A DNA stretch of 64,000 nt from Phoronis australis. Its lineage: Eukaryota; Animalia; Phoronida. The translations under genes and the position numbers were made by a program. Position 1 is the first letter of the stretch. Each line of letters begins with the position of its first letter. Below are positions 63,760 through 64,000 of this stretch, piece by piece. Where the stretch lies: contig NMRA01000145.1 in assembly GCA_002633005.1 (NCBI GenBank), forward strand, positions 657,873-721,872. Direction: 5' to 3'. The notes under the pieces were generated by a model that made no database searches, had not been told where the DNA came from, and saw nothing but the letters and a program-made list of their open reading frames with translations.

Positions 63760-64000
63760 GTTTGTTGGTGTGCGTGTGTGCGTATGCTTAGCATTCTTTT
63801 CTGGGTTAGCGTTCAGTGTACTTAAATTAGGGACTCAAATATCAGGGTGTGTGCATTATGCCATGAATGGGCCTTTAAAAACAAAGTTTTCAAAAGTTAG
63901 GGGTTAGCTTTACCTGATCGATCAATTTGGGTAAAAATGTCTGTAGAAAGTCTTAGCAGGATTTTTTCTTGTAGCCCAGCGACAATGCTGTTTGCAATTT

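Overview
Intron-rich, AT-rich animal genomic DNA, probably an invertebrate bilaterian; the species cannot be determined from the sequence. Four genes were reconstructed by hand from GT-AG splice sites and frame continuity. (1) A 5'-incomplete RADIL-like gene (+, 11 exons, 1271-19039, about 1459 aa in window) with RA-RA-FHA-DIL-PDZ architecture, i.e. an extra afadin-type RA domain. (2) A convergent MMD/MMD2 (PAQR class III) gene (-, 7 exons, 44243-21619, about 262 aa). (3) A three-exon Ly6/uPAR three-finger protein gene, probably GPI-anchored (-, 60950-54375, 131 aa). (4) The first coding exon of DNAI2 (+, 63577-63759), head-to-head with the Ly6 gene. Introns and intergenic DNA hold many non-autonomous transposons (two MITE families with 5-bp TSDs, a TTAA-flanked Kolobok-like element, foldbacks), a decayed Ty3/Gypsy pol fragment and microsatellites. 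There is no CRISPR array or prokaryotic system, and most short ORFs in the track are spurious. No wholly new system can be demonstrated. The best leads are the RADIL architecture, the RADIL-MMD linkage, the 5-bp-TSD MITEs and a possible structured RNA upstream of DNAI2.
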